A DNA stretch of 64,000 nucleotides from a virus. Lineage: Duplodnaviria; Heunggongvirae; Uroviricota; Caudoviricetes. Location of the stretch: positions 1 to 64,000 of IMG/VR virus record IMGVR_UViG_3300029156_000001. One strand, written 5' to 3'. Under the pieces are notes generated by a model. The model was not told the origin of the DNA and did no database searches. It was given only the letters and a program-made list of their open reading frames with translations. Both the position numbers and the translations under genes were made by a program. This document shows, piece by piece, positions 44,436 through 55,048 of this stretch (its first letter is position 1; each line of letters starts with the position of its first letter).

Positions 44436-46604
44436 TCAGGAACCATTATGTAGCCCCCAATACTGCAACATACCAATCAAGCCAATGGCCTGGGGTAGAT
44501 GGTCATTCCAACTTTGTTCAGACCACGAGAACAACCTAGACACTTTATCGCTATGTGTCTCGCGATAGTGCTTGGCGTGATTCAGCCAACGAACCATCCT
44601 ACGGCCACGACCAAGACCAATTTCGGCTTGGGCCGCTAGGCTCAAGACGAACCACCCTTGGAAGATTTCATTGCCACCCGTTGTCAGAGCACGAGAAAGT
44701 TCATCTTGACCCAACGGCGAGCCGTGATGGCGAGCCGTTGCTACAAACCACCTATAATTGTTGCCGTCGTAAATATCGCTCTCGAACAGTGACTCGGCGG
44801 CAACAAGAACACTACGAAGCAAAGCGTTCCCATAGCGACTATCTCTGCCCCTAAAAGCTACAGCGTACAGACACATCTTGGCATGCTGTTCAAAAGCAAG
44901 CTCAAACGCCTGGGCCGCATCATAGTCGGGCATGTCTGCCGTATCATAGACCTGACCCGCGTTCACGCGACTCAAGAAGCCGGTATCCATACTCGATTTC
45001 AAGATCGTCTCAGTCATCAACTTCATCCATGCATATAGATGACTGCGTGTCTCAATGTCCGCAATAGCATAATAGGAACAGATCGAATCAATCTGCCACA
45101 TTTGGTCACGACGCCAGTTCGTATGACCCTGAGCAGGATTCTCTGTCACAACGGCGGCAATCTCCGCAAGGGTCGAAAAACTACTCCAACCCTGTGGATT
45201 CGGGTAATTATGCAAGCAGAGCAAATTCACCTCTGCCGCCATCCTTAGTTCGTCCCTTGCGAGCGGATCGTTCGTCAGATACACCAACGCCTGCCACGGC
45301 TTATTATTCCTACACTGATGAGCACGGTCAATCGGGCGGTAGTCGGTGATACCATCATCTGCATCCCCTTCATTCCAATTTCCAGCCTCGCGGAACGCGG
45401 GGATAGCATTGACATGGAAGTCCATAGGAATAAAGTCGAACGGGACAAACCCATTATTTTCATGGGCCCAATCGTCTACTGTTTTAATAGTGCCATCGGC
45501 ACGATACATATTCCAAGCTTGACGCTCAGAATACATATGTGCTCGGAGTCTCTCTACAAGGATCGATTCCGAGCAGAGTTCATATCCAGAGTAGTGCCTG
45601 ATTTCAAAGCCACCGGGACCGCCTTGATTTTCTCTATGAATAGGATGGAACGGACCAAAGTTTATAGAGTAGATGCCGTGACCACCGTTCGTGCCCCCAC
45701 TCTCAAGTGCGGCACTTACATCCAGTGCCTTATCCAACAACTTTTCACGGATCGCTTCGCGTCCCGTGAAGTTTTGGTATTCGAAAGCGTTTGTGTAGCG
45801 ACCGATCCGAGTTTTTGTTACGCCGAAGGTCTCTTTCTGATGCCACGCATTAGAGAAACCAACTCCCCCATGCATCTTCTCCCAAGCAAGAGTATCAGGA
45901 GAGATTTCGCGGTTGACAATTAGGAGCCGTCGATGGAACGATGCTTGCTTGGGAAAGTAATGATGATATCCTGCATCTTCGCAAATCCAGAACACGTTGC
46001 CATTTCTCACACTGTCAATACGATTAGAACCCATACGGGGCACGATAGAAGCACGAGATTCAGTAGTGACTCTGAGATCGGTGAAGTAGACGCCGCCCAA
46101 TACACTTTCGACGTTCGCGTTAGAAACTCTCACGTCGAAAGAGAGGTTAGGGTCACCCTCCACAAACGTAAGGTAAATATGAACACCAAATAGCTTCCCA
46201 CCACGGCCATTATCAAGTTCTTTGAAACCACGAACGGTGGTGAGGAAGCGGCCTTCCTTCACTACGTCATAATCATCAGATTCCGTGAAGGTAGCCTGCC
46301 ACACTTGTCCATCGGTTGTTGTTGCGTCAACCGTAATCGGTGCGAAGTTACGCATCGGCGGTACGCCGACCTCGTAAGGGAATCGGGACTCTGTTACTTC
46401 GTAGGTAGACAGACCGCCGGGGTTTTTACTCGGGACGCGAGCAATAAGCTCTACCGAGTCTGATGCACCGTGGGCGTCCCTAGTGACAACCTGCTGTTGA
46501 CACGGGATGCCATCGATCAAATGCTGGCCCGCGTACTTCGTTGGTACAACGGCACGCAGGATGAAAGATTCCTCTGGCGAAGCCAGAACTTCAATCGTAC
46601 TCAT
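44436..46604 (-). CDS. large hypothetical protein (722 aa), possibly a carbohydrate-active or virion-associated protein
   Basis: long uninterrupted ORF; aromatic/Gly-rich with many W/Y/H; no motif I can name. Confidence 0.45.
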   Translation of the reverse strand: MSTIEVLASPEESFILRAVVPTKYAGQHLIDGIPCQQQVVTRDAHGASDSVELIARVPSKNPGGLSTYEVTESRFPYEVGVPPMRNFAPITVDATTTDGQVWQATFTESDDYDVVKEGRFLTTVRGFKELDNGRGGKLFGVHIYLTFVEGDPNLSFDVRVSNANVESVLGGVYFTDLRVTTESRASIVPRMGSNRIDSVRNGNVFWICEDAGYHHYFPKQASFHRRLLIVNREISPDTLAWEKMHGGVGFSNAWHQKETFGVTKTRIGRYTNAFEYQNFTGREAIREKLLDKALDVSAALESGGTNGGHGIYSINFGPFHPIHRENQGGPGGFEIRHYSGYELCSESILVERLRAHMYSERQAWNMYRADGTIKTVDDWAHENNGFVPFDFIPMDFHVNAIPAFREAGNWNEGDADDGITDYRPIDRAHQCRNNKPWQALVYLTNDPLARDELRMAAEVNLLCLHNYPNPQGWSSFSTLAEIAAVVTENPAQGHTNWRRDQMWQIDSICSYYAIADIETRSHLYAWMKLMTETILKSSMDTGFLSRVNAGQVYDTADMPDYDAAQAFELAFEQHAKMCLYAVAFRGRDSRYGNALLRSVLVAAESLFESDIYDGNNYRWFVATARHHGSPLGQDELSRALTTGGNEIFQGWFVLSLAAQAEIGLGRGRRMVRWLNHAKHYRETHSDKVSRLFSWSEQSWNDHLPQAIGLIGMLQYWGLHNGS

Positions 46605-46942
46605 CGTACTCCTCTTCCTCGGACGACAATAGTATTTCTAGTTCGGTATACACGTAGATCGCTGCCACGACGGCGTAGGTTCCAAGCATTCAAGGCGTCT
46701 CCGTAGGCGTAGTTTGAACGTTGTACAACAAAACGAGTCTGATCTCGTCTACGGAGATCGTGACGAATGTCGCGTCGGGCCTTACGGCGTTGAATTCGTT
46801 TGTCATGAGCAAGCTTTGCTTGCACGTTTCGGTAAACCGTCAGTTGTGCCGAGTACGAGCCATACTGGCTGTACTCGGGGATCGGCGGCTGTTGAGCAGT
46901 AGCGATACCGCATAGGAGTAGAATAGCAAGTAAGAATTTCAT
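46601..46942 (-). CDS. secreted basic protein
   Basis: cleavable signal peptide MKFLLAILLLCGIATAQQ; Arg-rich mature region. Confidence 0.4.
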   Translation of the reverse strand: MKFLLAILLLCGIATAQQPPIPEYSQYGSYSAQLTVYRNVQAKLAHDKRIQRRKARRDIRHDLRRRDQTRFVVQRSNYAYGDALNAWNLRRRGSDLRVYRTRNTIVVRGRGVR

Positions 46943-47216
46943 AGATTGCTCCAGTATCCCGTGCTAAGGTATTGGCTTTTCTGTTCAGAGGTAACTCTTT
47001 GATGAAGAGGAGAATGCTCGCCATCAAATTGGTATTCAGATTGTCCCGTCAGCGGGTCTCTCCAGATGGTATAGCCATCTGATTCACAGCGATAAATCTC
47101 AGTCATCGCTTCTCGGGCTCTCGATAGAGAGTCCGTAAGATCGTCTTTTTTCACCGCGAATTCGTCTCCTTTGACAACGCTGGTTGCCAAGCGGTTAATT
47201 AAGTCGTCCATCTCGC

Positions 47217-47918
47217 TCATTTTACATCCATTCTCCAGCGATCTCCGCTGGCATGGATTGTCCAGCCGGTGAACCGGCCTTTCAAATACTCCTCAACACT
47301 TGGTTGTGGGCATTCAGGTAACACTACATGATACTCAGTTGTGTCGGGATCGTAAAGGTCATCTAGCTGTTCTTCAATCCACTCCTCAAGCTTATTAGCT
47401 TGAGCCTGCTCTGTCGGCGTTAGCCGACAGGTTTCCTTCAAGACCTCTGCTGTTTCAACTACGGCCTGAGAGGCCATGATAGCGGCTTCGTTTGTTTTTT
47501 CTACCGCTTCGCGAACTTGATCAATGCCTTTGGATAGCCTCTGCCAATTTGGCGTAACCTCTTCGGAAGCCGGCATCTGTTTTGCCATAATCTCCTCGAT
47601 AGGAGTTTTGGGCACAGGCACTCGGTTCATCAGGTCACGCAATTCTTCAATTGTTGTCGGATTAGGGTCTCGCATGTCCACGACCTGTGTGATCATCTTG
47701 TCACTCTTAGGAAAATTCAAGGTCCATGATTTGTCACACTCTATTGCTTTATGTATCTCTTGTCCTTTGGAGATATTTTTAGTAGCTCGACCAAAAATCC
47801 AATCATTTGCAATATCGTAATGATTCTCGCAGTATTCGACCCATATTTGACCACTACGACTTACGCTTCCGGACGCCTCATGGTCGCAGAAGCGACACTT
47901 TACGAAGTGTTCTTTCAC
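47217..47918 (-). CDS. hypothetical protein with N-terminal zinc-binding motif
   Basis: CRFCDHEASG...YCENHYD; 233 aa. Confidence 0.4.
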   Translation of the reverse strand: MKEHFVKCRFCDHEASGSVSRSGQIWVEYCENHYDIANDWIFGRATKNISKGQEIHKAIECDKSWTLNFPKSDKMITQVVDMRDPNPTTIEELRDLMNRVPVPKTPIEEIMAKQMPASEEVTPNWQRLSKGIDQVREAVEKTNEAAIMASQAVVETAEVLKETCRLTPTEQAQANKLEEWIEEQLDDLYDPDTTEYHVVLPECPQPSVEEYLKGRFTGWTIHASGDRWRMDVK

Positions 47919-48053
47919 GCAATTTCCTCAGCAGATACTTCAATGACCTCGGTGTCATCTGTGATCACGGGGGACACACCGATGTCTTTAGCAATTTCCA
48001 TTGCTACAGATTCATTGTCAGCTTCAACAAGATACGTCTCACGTACCAGTTTT

Positions 48054-48506
48054 TCAATCACCACTCGATAGTTCGTCATACTCTTCTCCAAGGGCATCAG
48101 AGCCGCCTTTTATATTAGATGTGGGGTTCATTTGGCCACAAGTTGTACAGAATATAGCTGGCTGGACACAGGCCACAATTGAGAATCCTTCAATAAGCTC
48201 GGGATGAGGACATGATGCCTGTGCCATAATGAGTTCGAGTTCAACATCTTTTTGACGTTCTCGAATATCGGCTATCTTTTCTTTAAGCTTTTCCAGATCA
48301 AACTTGGACAATTGTAAAGGTTCCATTTCTGTTTTCTCGCAGCGTATACGAGTGTCTTTGTGATACAATGCCAAGGAAGCAACTTCGACAGGGATAGCTA
48401 TAATACGAACCATATTCGTCCGTGCCACTCTCTGACTTTCCAGATCCGTCACAAACGGCACACCTATGGGTATCAGTGACAGTGAGTTCCATACGGCGTT
48501 TATCAC
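48054..48506 (-). CDS. hypothetical zinc-ribbon protein
   Basis: 150 aa; CPHPELIEG...CTTCGQMNP. Confidence 0.35.
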   Translation of the reverse strand: MINAVWNSLSLIPIGVPFVTDLESQRVARTNMVRIIAIPVEVASLALYHKDTRIRCEKTEMEPLQLSKFDLEKLKEKIADIRERQKDVELELIMAQASCPHPELIEGFSIVACVQPAIFCTTCGQMNPTSNIKGGSDALGEEYDELSSGD

Positions 48507-48526
48507 CGTCTGCCTTTTCGGGGAGC

Positions 48527-49102
48527 TTACTCACGATACACCTCGTAACCAACGGTTTCGCGGGTTTGATCACCAACCATTTCGATCATATAGAATCGCG
48601 GAACATAAGTTGTAGCTTGAACCCCGTGCTCGTTGTCACGTAGCGACAACGTGTACGGAGCATTTCTCATGCCGGTTAGACCCGAGACAACAAAATAGTA
48701 GCCATACCCTGCATGCGGCAGAGAATAATCGTCTACGGTCAGTAAACCATCCACCCCTTCAAACCGACGGACAAAGACAACTGTTTTTGTATGATGTAGG
48801 TCACTTCGATAGACTTCGATTACCGGAATAACGGATTGATCTGTTTGAAGGGTGAAAGATACTACCGCATTCTGGTCTGGTAGCATGTGGAACCAGTCAA
48901 CGTCCATCCGGCCGCAAATGTCGGGCGGACTAAAGCTATTGACAACCGTAACAAAGTCTGCTTCGCGGGCACCATCATTGGGCTCGGTTTCAAACACACA
49001 AACAACATCATCCTCTCCCGGTGTCAACGTGGTTGACGCTCGCGAGGAGTCGTGACTACAGCCAACCAACAAAACACTGAACAAAATTGCAATAAGCTTC
49101 AT
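48527..49102 (-). CDS. lipoprotein
   Basis: MKLIAILFSVLLVGCS lipobox. Confidence 0.5.
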   Translation of the reverse strand: MKLIAILFSVLLVGCSHDSSRASTTLTPGEDDVVCVFETEPNDGAREADFVTVVNSFSPPDICGRMDVDWFHMLPDQNAVVSFTLQTDQSVIPVIEVYRSDLHHTKTVVFVRRFEGVDGLLTVDDYSLPHAGYGYYFVVSGLTGMRNAPYTLSLRDNEHGVQATTYVPRFYMIEMVGDQTRETVGYEVYRE

Positions 49103-49680
49103 ACTTTCCAGCCCTTCGGATCATTCAAAAATCTCAGGTCACCAGTAATTTCTACGGGGCCACCATACATATCGACCCCGACATCGTAACGCTTTTTGCC
49201 CTTCATTTCGCGGGCATGGCTAGCGGAATATCCATTGTGCTGATGACCATGTAGATGGACGGCCCCGTGAAACTTACCATTCCAGTCATTCATGGGATAG
49301 TGGCACATCACGAAATGCGTACCGTCGATTTCGACCTCATGGATATCATCTAGAATTTCAACTTCTAGTGAGTAATCCTCTACAATCTTTTTCAAGCCAC
49401 TCGTGCCGAATTTCGGCACGGGCCTATCGTGGTTCCCCAGGACAACACGCTTTTTGCCATGTAGCATGCTCATCTTGTCAGCGATAAACCCATCCGTGGC
49501 CGGAGGGCCCATTCCAAAATCGCCAAGAAAGTAGATGATGTCGTCGTCGGCCACTAGAGCGTTCCAACGATTGATCATGTACGTGTCCATCTCGGGTTGG
49601 CTCGCGAACGGTCGCGAGACAAACCGAATGATGTTTTTATGTCCAAAGTGCGTGTCGGACGTTACAAAGATGCGGCTCAT
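49099..49680 (-). CDS. metallophosphoesterase (Ser/Thr phosphatase-like)
   Basis: TSDTHFGH...LGDFG...GNHD...HGHQH motifs. Confidence 0.7.
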   Translation of the reverse strand: MSRIFVTSDTHFGHKNIIRFVSRPFASQPEMDTYMINRWNALVADDDIIYFLGDFGMGPPATDGFIADKMSMLHGKKRVVLGNHDRPVPKFGTSGLKKIVEDYSLEVEILDDIHEVEIDGTHFVMCHYPMNDWNGKFHGAVHLHGHQHNGYSASHAREMKGKKRYDVGVDMYGGPVEITGDLRFLNDPKGWKV

Positions 49681-49686
49681 ACTAGT

Positions 49687-50022
49687 TCACTTTTTATCAA
49701 ACACGGTTTCGAAATCAATCCAAGTGAGCGGATTCCACCATCTAAACGATGACATTTTGCGGGTGACCAGTTTTCCAACAAACAGCGACCAATCATCACT
49801 GGCTTTGTAATTTCTTTCTGGCACAGGTTCACCACACACGGGACAAACCATTTCATGTACATGAAACAGGCTTCCATGTGGCACGTACGTATACCAACCA
49901 CACGTATTATGCTGTAGGTAATGTCTATAAACTTCCGAAGGAGAGACTCGCACTATATTAACCCCACTTGGGAAAGATGTCCCCATCATATAGCCCCAGC
50001 ACTTCGCCGTCGTAGATAACAC
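49687..50022 (-). CDS. hypothetical zinc-ribbon protein
   Basis: CPVCGEPVPERN; 111 aa. Confidence 0.3.
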   Translation of the reverse strand: MLSTTAKCWGYMMGTSFPSGVNIVRVSPSEVYRHYLQHNTCGWYTYVPHGSLFHVHEMVCPVCGEPVPERNYKASDDWSLFVGKLVTRKMSSFRWWNPLTWIDFETVFDKK

Positions 50023-50430
50023 CTACCGCCTCACAGATGGCCTTGGCTTCTGATTCATTTACGGCATCAAACGACTCTAGAAATCGCCTACAGGGTCCTT
50101 CGTAACCATACTCCAGGCCGTTGCAGCCCATAGTTTCGTCCACGACGAGCATAATACTTGAATACGTCTTCATGCCACTAGACTAGTTTTCATTTTGGTA
50201 GGTTCATCACCCGTTGGGTGTTTAATTGTGTTTCAAGATCAAGAGAAAGGTTATACACTTCATCTACACGTTGCATAGATGCACTACAGACTTCGTTATA
50301 CTTACGGCGACACTCCTCATCGCCGCGACAGTAAATTGGATAGTTGTCATAGTCAAAGGTGTCTACAGCGACGATGAGGTAGTCTGCTTCTACTGTTTTG
50401 GCGTCAGTCAGCCAGCGTTCAATATCTGTT

Positions 50431-51060
50431 CTACTTGCTGTCATGGCTTATCTGGATTACGGCGTCAATAGTTTTTAGTCGTTGTAACAGGTCAGGCGAC
50501 TGTAGTCGTACGTACGGAATGTCATTCCATTCAAGTAACATGGCAATTCCATGAGTAATTGTCTGTAGAGTTTGCATATCGAGCGATTTGCGTACGCCAT
50601 CACTCTCAATGAGGTCTTCGTGAGGATCAATAAGAAAAACAAGGGCTCCTGGTTCCTGTAGGGAGTCCAGGTATTCCTTAGAGCGTCGATACTCTGCTCC
50701 TGCGTTAGTGGCAAACAACGCCGCATAGACCAGATTGTCCGGACCTCTGTCAAAAACAATGCCAGGGGCATGCAGATCGGCTGCATTCTTGAGGGCACAC
50801 TCATGATTCTCACGATGGCGTTTCGCCACCGTGGCTTGAAATGCATCAGCACTCAGGGCGTTAGCACTAAATGAACTCAGTTCTACGTTACCTTCTTCAA
50901 TGATCTCGCGAGCGGCCTCTTCCACGGTCAGGAAACCATGTCGTAGCGAGAGTTCTTTGAGCAAGGTTGATTTGCCGCAACTGTGGGCCCCGCAGAGATA
51001 GATACGTGTGAGCATCATCCCTGCCCCGTCACAGGGCAGAGTCGCCCTTCCTGCATGCAT
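50431..51060 (-). CDS. P-loop NTPase/kinase (AAA-like nucleoside or nucleotide kinase)
   Basis: Walker A GAHSCGKST; probable true start at MMLTRIYLCG. Confidence 0.45.
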   Translation of the reverse strand: MHAGRATLPCDGAGMMLTRIYLCGAHSCGKSTLLKELSLRHGFLTVEEAAREIIEEGNVELSSFSANALSADAFQATVAKRHRENHECALKNAADLHAPGIVFDRGPDNLVYAALFATNAGAEYRRSKEYLDSLQEPGALVFLIDPHEDLIESDGVRKSLDMQTLQTITHGIAMLLEWNDIPYVRLQSPDLLQRLKTIDAVIQISHDSK

Positions 51061-51356
51061 TTACGATTGAATCGCCGTATACGCCACTTTTGATACCAGG
51101 ACACTCTGCGGTCGCATGGCACCAATACAACATCGCGAGCCGCTGCGGCGTCGAGCGTGTTCATCATACGCTGCTCTGTATCTTCGATGGATCCGCCAGC
51201 AGCAACAAGGTGCCCATCTAGGAGACACATTTCGAAGATCGGGCCCGCCGCTCGGTTTTCCTCGGCTGAGTTGTCAAGCACAAACCAATTACGGAGAGTG
51301 ATCTCATACCACACTTCGCCATAGTGCTCGTGATCTAAGTAGTTTCTATACGCCAT
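51015..51356 (-). CDS. hypothetical protein
   Basis: 113 aa ORF. Confidence 0.3.
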   Translation of the reverse strand: MAYRNYLDHEHYGEVWYEITLRNWFVLDNSAEENRAAGPIFEMCLLDGHLVAAGGSIEDTEQRMMNTLDAAAARDVVLVPCDRRVSWYQKWRIRRFNRKCMQEGRLCPVTGQG

Positions 51357-51717
51357 AAAAGTGTCCCGCTGTCAAAACAAGGCACGCAGTATGTGCCAAT
51401 TGGTCAAGTCCGATTACTTTCCAGAATGCGTACAATCGTTGTTCGCGATGATATGTTCCGGCCAACCGACTAGAGAGCCAATCTGTAGGCCAGTGAAGCA
51501 TACCATTAAAACACGCGAATGCAAGTCCAAAGGTAGAAGAATCCGCTATTTCTGTGGGCAAGAGCATTGCCCACAGAACTAGGATATATATACAAACGTG
51601 AGTAGTCAGCGTATTGTTACATTTACTTTTTGTGAGCCCCGTCTTCGTGCTCTGAAAAACAAAGTCCGCAACGAAGTGGGCGAACAAAAGCCAAATGACA
51701 AGATATACGTCAATCAT
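51346..51717 (-). CDS. DUF3307-like membrane protein
   Basis: HFVADFVFQ motif (HxxxDFxxQ) in N-terminal TM helix, three further TM segments. Confidence 0.4.
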   Translation of the reverse strand: MIDVYLVIWLLFAHFVADFVFQSTKTGLTKSKCNNTLTTHVCIYILVLWAMLLPTEIADSSTFGLAFACFNGMLHWPTDWLSSRLAGTYHREQRLYAFWKVIGLDQLAHTACLVLTAGHFYGV

Positions 51718-52885
51718 TGAGTGCCTTCACTAGTTCGTTCGAGATATGCTCACACATGATATCCACAAGAAACTGATCCCACCACTTAGCGTCTACCCTA
51801 TCGGGTAGAGTAGATTGTTGAGCTTGTAGCTCAACGAAGGCCAAATCGGTATCGAGAATCCCCTGTACTGTTTCAAGCGGCACGCGACCTTGTTTGATAT
51901 CTAGCAACAAGGGGGCGTCCGCGAGAGGGAAATTCACGCGACCAAAGGACAAGAGTTCAATCAACTCCTTAGACACGCGAACCGCGTGACTAAGGGCTTT
52001 CCAGTCCACGCCTTCGCTGTCCGCTGCGGCGTGAGCACGTTTACCGTAACGATCGATCGCCTTCTGGATTGATTCGCGTACCAGTTCAATCCTAGTTGTA
52101 TCACCAAACCACTTGCCACCAATTTGCACTTCTAGAACCTTTTGGGGATTCGTACGACAGTCCTGGATGGCGTTTTGTAGATAAGGATTGAGTGCCTCAA
52201 GACGCAATGCTTGCTCTAGAGGTTCGTCGTCTGAATACGCATGCAGAATAGCTACAGCATTTTGTAGTTGATTCAGTCTGTCGCCTTTCATACTGTACTT
52301 CGCGGCTTGACCGCGAGCATACCCAATAAAAGCATTCATCTGTTTAGAGAGTAGTCTATCGCGATCAGCGATAATACGATCCCACACCCATCCGTTTTTA
52401 GGATCCTTATAGACGCAATTCTCAGGTGCGAAAAGCATATCGACTGCTACAGTCTGCCCTTGCGTTGCCAAACGCAAGAAGTGATGTAAACTGTAATACT
52501 CGCAGTCGAGTTCGCCAGCTTCGTTTTTGCGGGTATCATCGCTGGGAGACGATGAGGCAGTTTTGGGGATTCGCCCCAATAGAACCTCCTCTATCGTAGG
52601 CAGGAAGATACCCTTATAGTCTAAATCCGAAGAGGGGGTCGAAGTTCCGTACAGATGGCTGCCGAACTTGATCTCGCAAATCAGATTCATCGGTCTTAAT
52701 GTGTTCATCGTACCATGCCTTGAAAAGATGTAGGGCGTCTTCCTCGGAGTACGACGTAAAGCTGCCATACTCAGTAAACGTAATTCGGACGGATGTACCA
52801 GCAGACGATTCAGCTTCCGAGCCGCGATAGGAATGAGTTTTCTTATCGGAAGTGTCACAGGTCTCTGACCACCACGAGACTTCAT
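51710..52885 (-). CDS. Pol-beta-superfamily nucleotidyltransferase domain protein
   Basis: FGSHLYGTSTPSSDLDY (GS-x9-13-D-x-D) minimal NTase motif near N-terminus; 391 aa with uncharacterised C-terminal region. Confidence 0.45.
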   Translation of the reverse strand: MKSRGGQRPVTLPIRKLIPIAARKLNRLLVHPSELRLLSMAALRRTPRKTPYIFSRHGTMNTLRPMNLICEIKFGSHLYGTSTPSSDLDYKGIFLPTIEEVLLGRIPKTASSSPSDDTRKNEAGELDCEYYSLHHFLRLATQGQTVAVDMLFAPENCVYKDPKNGWVWDRIIADRDRLLSKQMNAFIGYARGQAAKYSMKGDRLNQLQNAVAILHAYSDDEPLEQALRLEALNPYLQNAIQDCRTNPQKVLEVQIGGKWFGDTTRIELVRESIQKAIDRYGKRAHAAADSEGVDWKALSHAVRVSKELIELLSFGRVNFPLADAPLLLDIKQGRVPLETVQGILDTDLAFVELQAQQSTLPDRVDAKWWDQFLVDIMCEHISNELVKALND

Positions 52886-53163
52886 ACTGGTACATGATGG
52901 CCAAGGTCCATCTCTTTTAGCGTAAAGAAGAGTTCACCAAATACATAAAGGATTTGTTCTCCGCACTCCTCTTCGGCCGCCTGATGAATCCAGTAACAAG
53001 ACTGACACATCGCGTAGTGACTCCATCTACCGTCCCAGAGTCCAGTATGTTTCTTGTATTGTTCACCAACACCCATTGTCCGTCTACACTCGACACACTG
53101 ACGGGGTTTGCGAGCCTTGACGACCTTGGTCTCGTATACGTCAGGAAGATCAACGTCCATCAT
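52882..53163 (-). CDS. hypothetical zinc-binding protein
   Basis: CVECRR...CQSCYWIH; 93 aa. Confidence 0.3.
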   Translation of the reverse strand: MMDVDLPDVYETKVVKARKPRQCVECRRTMGVGEQYKKHTGLWDGRWSHYAMCQSCYWIHQAAEEECGEQILYVFGELFFTLKEMDLGHHVPV

Positions 53164-53542
53164 CTACCTGCTCAAATGTAAAGCCGTAGATACGCTCAAG
53201 TTCTTTCACAATTGCAATGAAGTGTGGCATTGCCGAATCTTTGCCCGCCTTCACGAGATTCGATTGAGCAACCGCTAACTGAGCCAACATAAGTGCATAT
53301 GACTCATCAGTTACACAACAAGGACCTGAATACCGTTCGTCGTGCCGAATGCGTAGTGGCTTATTATCGGGATTTTTTCTTGTCATTGACAATATTTTGT
53401 AGAAGAAGCGTTAGAGATACTGCCATCATGGCCACATCTTTGGGATGGCCAATCCGCCAAGTGTCTCCAGTGCTCCTATTTCTGAGAAACATACCTTGCG
53501 GCATTTCCTCAATTTCGTATTCTTCACCAGTTTTCAAGAGGG

Positions 53543-54058
53543 TCACGCTAAAATCTCTCTCAGGTCAAACTCTTGCATAGAGCAATCTTGTTCTTTTGCG
53601 TAGTCGATGCAGTTTTTTGTTCCGCCCGGCAGACCAGGAAAGCAATAGGCTGCCAACTTGTCACAGTGTTGTACCATCCACTCATTGCGTTTCTGCAACT
53701 TCGCAGCGGAGTACCCAGGCTCACAAACATACCGCACGCAAGAGCACTTGTCAAGAAGATCCCGATATTTCTGCCGCGAAGCGGCAGGCCACTTTGAATC
53801 ATATCCCTCAAACGGCAGAGCAACCGTAATTGGCAAATTCAGATGGAGGCCCACCTGGATCCAGAATTGGTCAATCCCAAGTGCTCCACCTGAGATAAGG
53901 GAAAGTTCAGGATCTCCACTTTTCTCATTTTCGAGAAATGCGAGCATGTTGCGACGGATTGCCCTGAAGTTATCTAGGGCGTCATAGCCGCCCAGCTTAT
54001 CTGGCCTAGGGCCCGTTACTGCTATCTTCATGTAGTTGAATACCGTAGTTTTGACCAC
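53543..54058 (-). CDS. SLOG/YpsA-like (DUF1273) Rossmann-fold protein
   Basis: GGALGIDQ motif in Rossmann-like context; family assignment tentative. Confidence 0.35.
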   Translation of the reverse strand: MVKTTVFNYMKIAVTGPRPDKLGGYDALDNFRAIRRNMLAFLENEKSGDPELSLISGGALGIDQFWIQVGLHLNLPITVALPFEGYDSKWPAASRQKYRDLLDKCSCVRYVCEPGYSAAKLQKRNEWMVQHCDKLAAYCFPGLPGGTKNCIDYAKEQDCSMQEFDLREILA

Positions 54059-54428
54059 GCTTACAGAACACCCATGTAAGTCGCTGGGTCTTGCCGTTTG
54101 TGATCGTAGTCGTTTGAAAAAGCTTCAAGAGGTCCGTCATGAACATTGTGTATTCGGTGCCGCGATCATCTTGAAAGTCAAAGTTTGCTGCGGACCGACC
54201 ACGGGAGAATCCGGTGATCGTCAGAACGGCATCAAATGGCTCGTTCGCACGCCAGTCGGGTGACACATCGATTCGTGTTGCTGCCTTGCCAGCGGCGTTA
54301 CCAAACTTGCGTTCAACCGCCAACCAAGACTCGTATGTATTACCCTTGTATGTCCACGCATACATACGCTCTGGGTAATACATGGGTTGACCCGTTCTAG
54401 GATTGAACGGAATATCCCCCTTATACAT
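54006..54428 (-). CDS. hypothetical protein
   Basis: 140 aa ORF. Confidence 0.3.
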   Translation of the reverse strand: MYKGDIPFNPRTGQPMYYPERMYAWTYKGNTYESWLAVERKFGNAAGKAATRIDVSPDWRANEPFDAVLTITGFSRGRSAANFDFQDDRGTEYTMFMTDLLKLFQTTTITNGKTQRLTWVFCKRGQNYGIQLHEDSSNGP

Positions 54429-55048
54429 CAGGCAAACCTCGTCGGCGGCCCCACGGGCGGTCCATCATATTCCTTCTTTTTGACTTCTGCCACGGCGTCA
54501 ACACTAAACGCACGCCGCTCCTCTTTTCGCGACTGTACCTCAGCGGCCTTCCACCCACGGTTGCGGTAGAATCCCCATTGCCTTCTTTTTAAGCCAAATC
54601 GAATAAACAAACTCCACGCACCGGCTTCGCCCTCCGGGATTGTGATACGGTGAGCATCATGCTTCGTACGTAGTTTGCAAATGGGATGTAACGGACGGCG
54701 TAGATAAGTCACCGAAGGTCCATACGGAACAGATCTCCGCTCGGGCTGTTCTTCAAGGTACGATCCATTGAGTAGAATACTCAAGCTATTCCACGGATGA
54801 TCATGTAGGCCGTCATCGTCACCGGCCCAGAACCGATGGAGATAGATACCAAGCCAAGGCGTCGATAGGACATAGAATCGTTCTAGATAGTCTTCTTGTT
54901 TTCCGTCGCGTTCGCGACGAATCATACGTCTACAGCTTCGACGTTTTCCATTAGAATCTACTCTTTCCTTAGACTCAAGATATGCCGCTAGTCGTTCGTA
55001 CCATTTACGTGGTGTGGTGTCGTGGGTCATTATCGAGCCTCCCTTCAT
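54428..55048 (-). CDS. hypothetical protein
   Basis: 206 aa ORF. Confidence 0.35.
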   Translation of the reverse strand: MKGGSIMTHDTTPRKWYERLAAYLESKERVDSNGKRRSCRRMIRRERDGKQEDYLERFYVLSTPWLGIYLHRFWAGDDDGLHDHPWNSLSILLNGSYLEEQPERRSVPYGPSVTYLRRPLHPICKLRTKHDAHRITIPEGEAGAWSLFIRFGLKRRQWGFYRNRGWKAAEVQSRKEERRAFSVDAVAEVKKKEYDGPPVGPPTRFA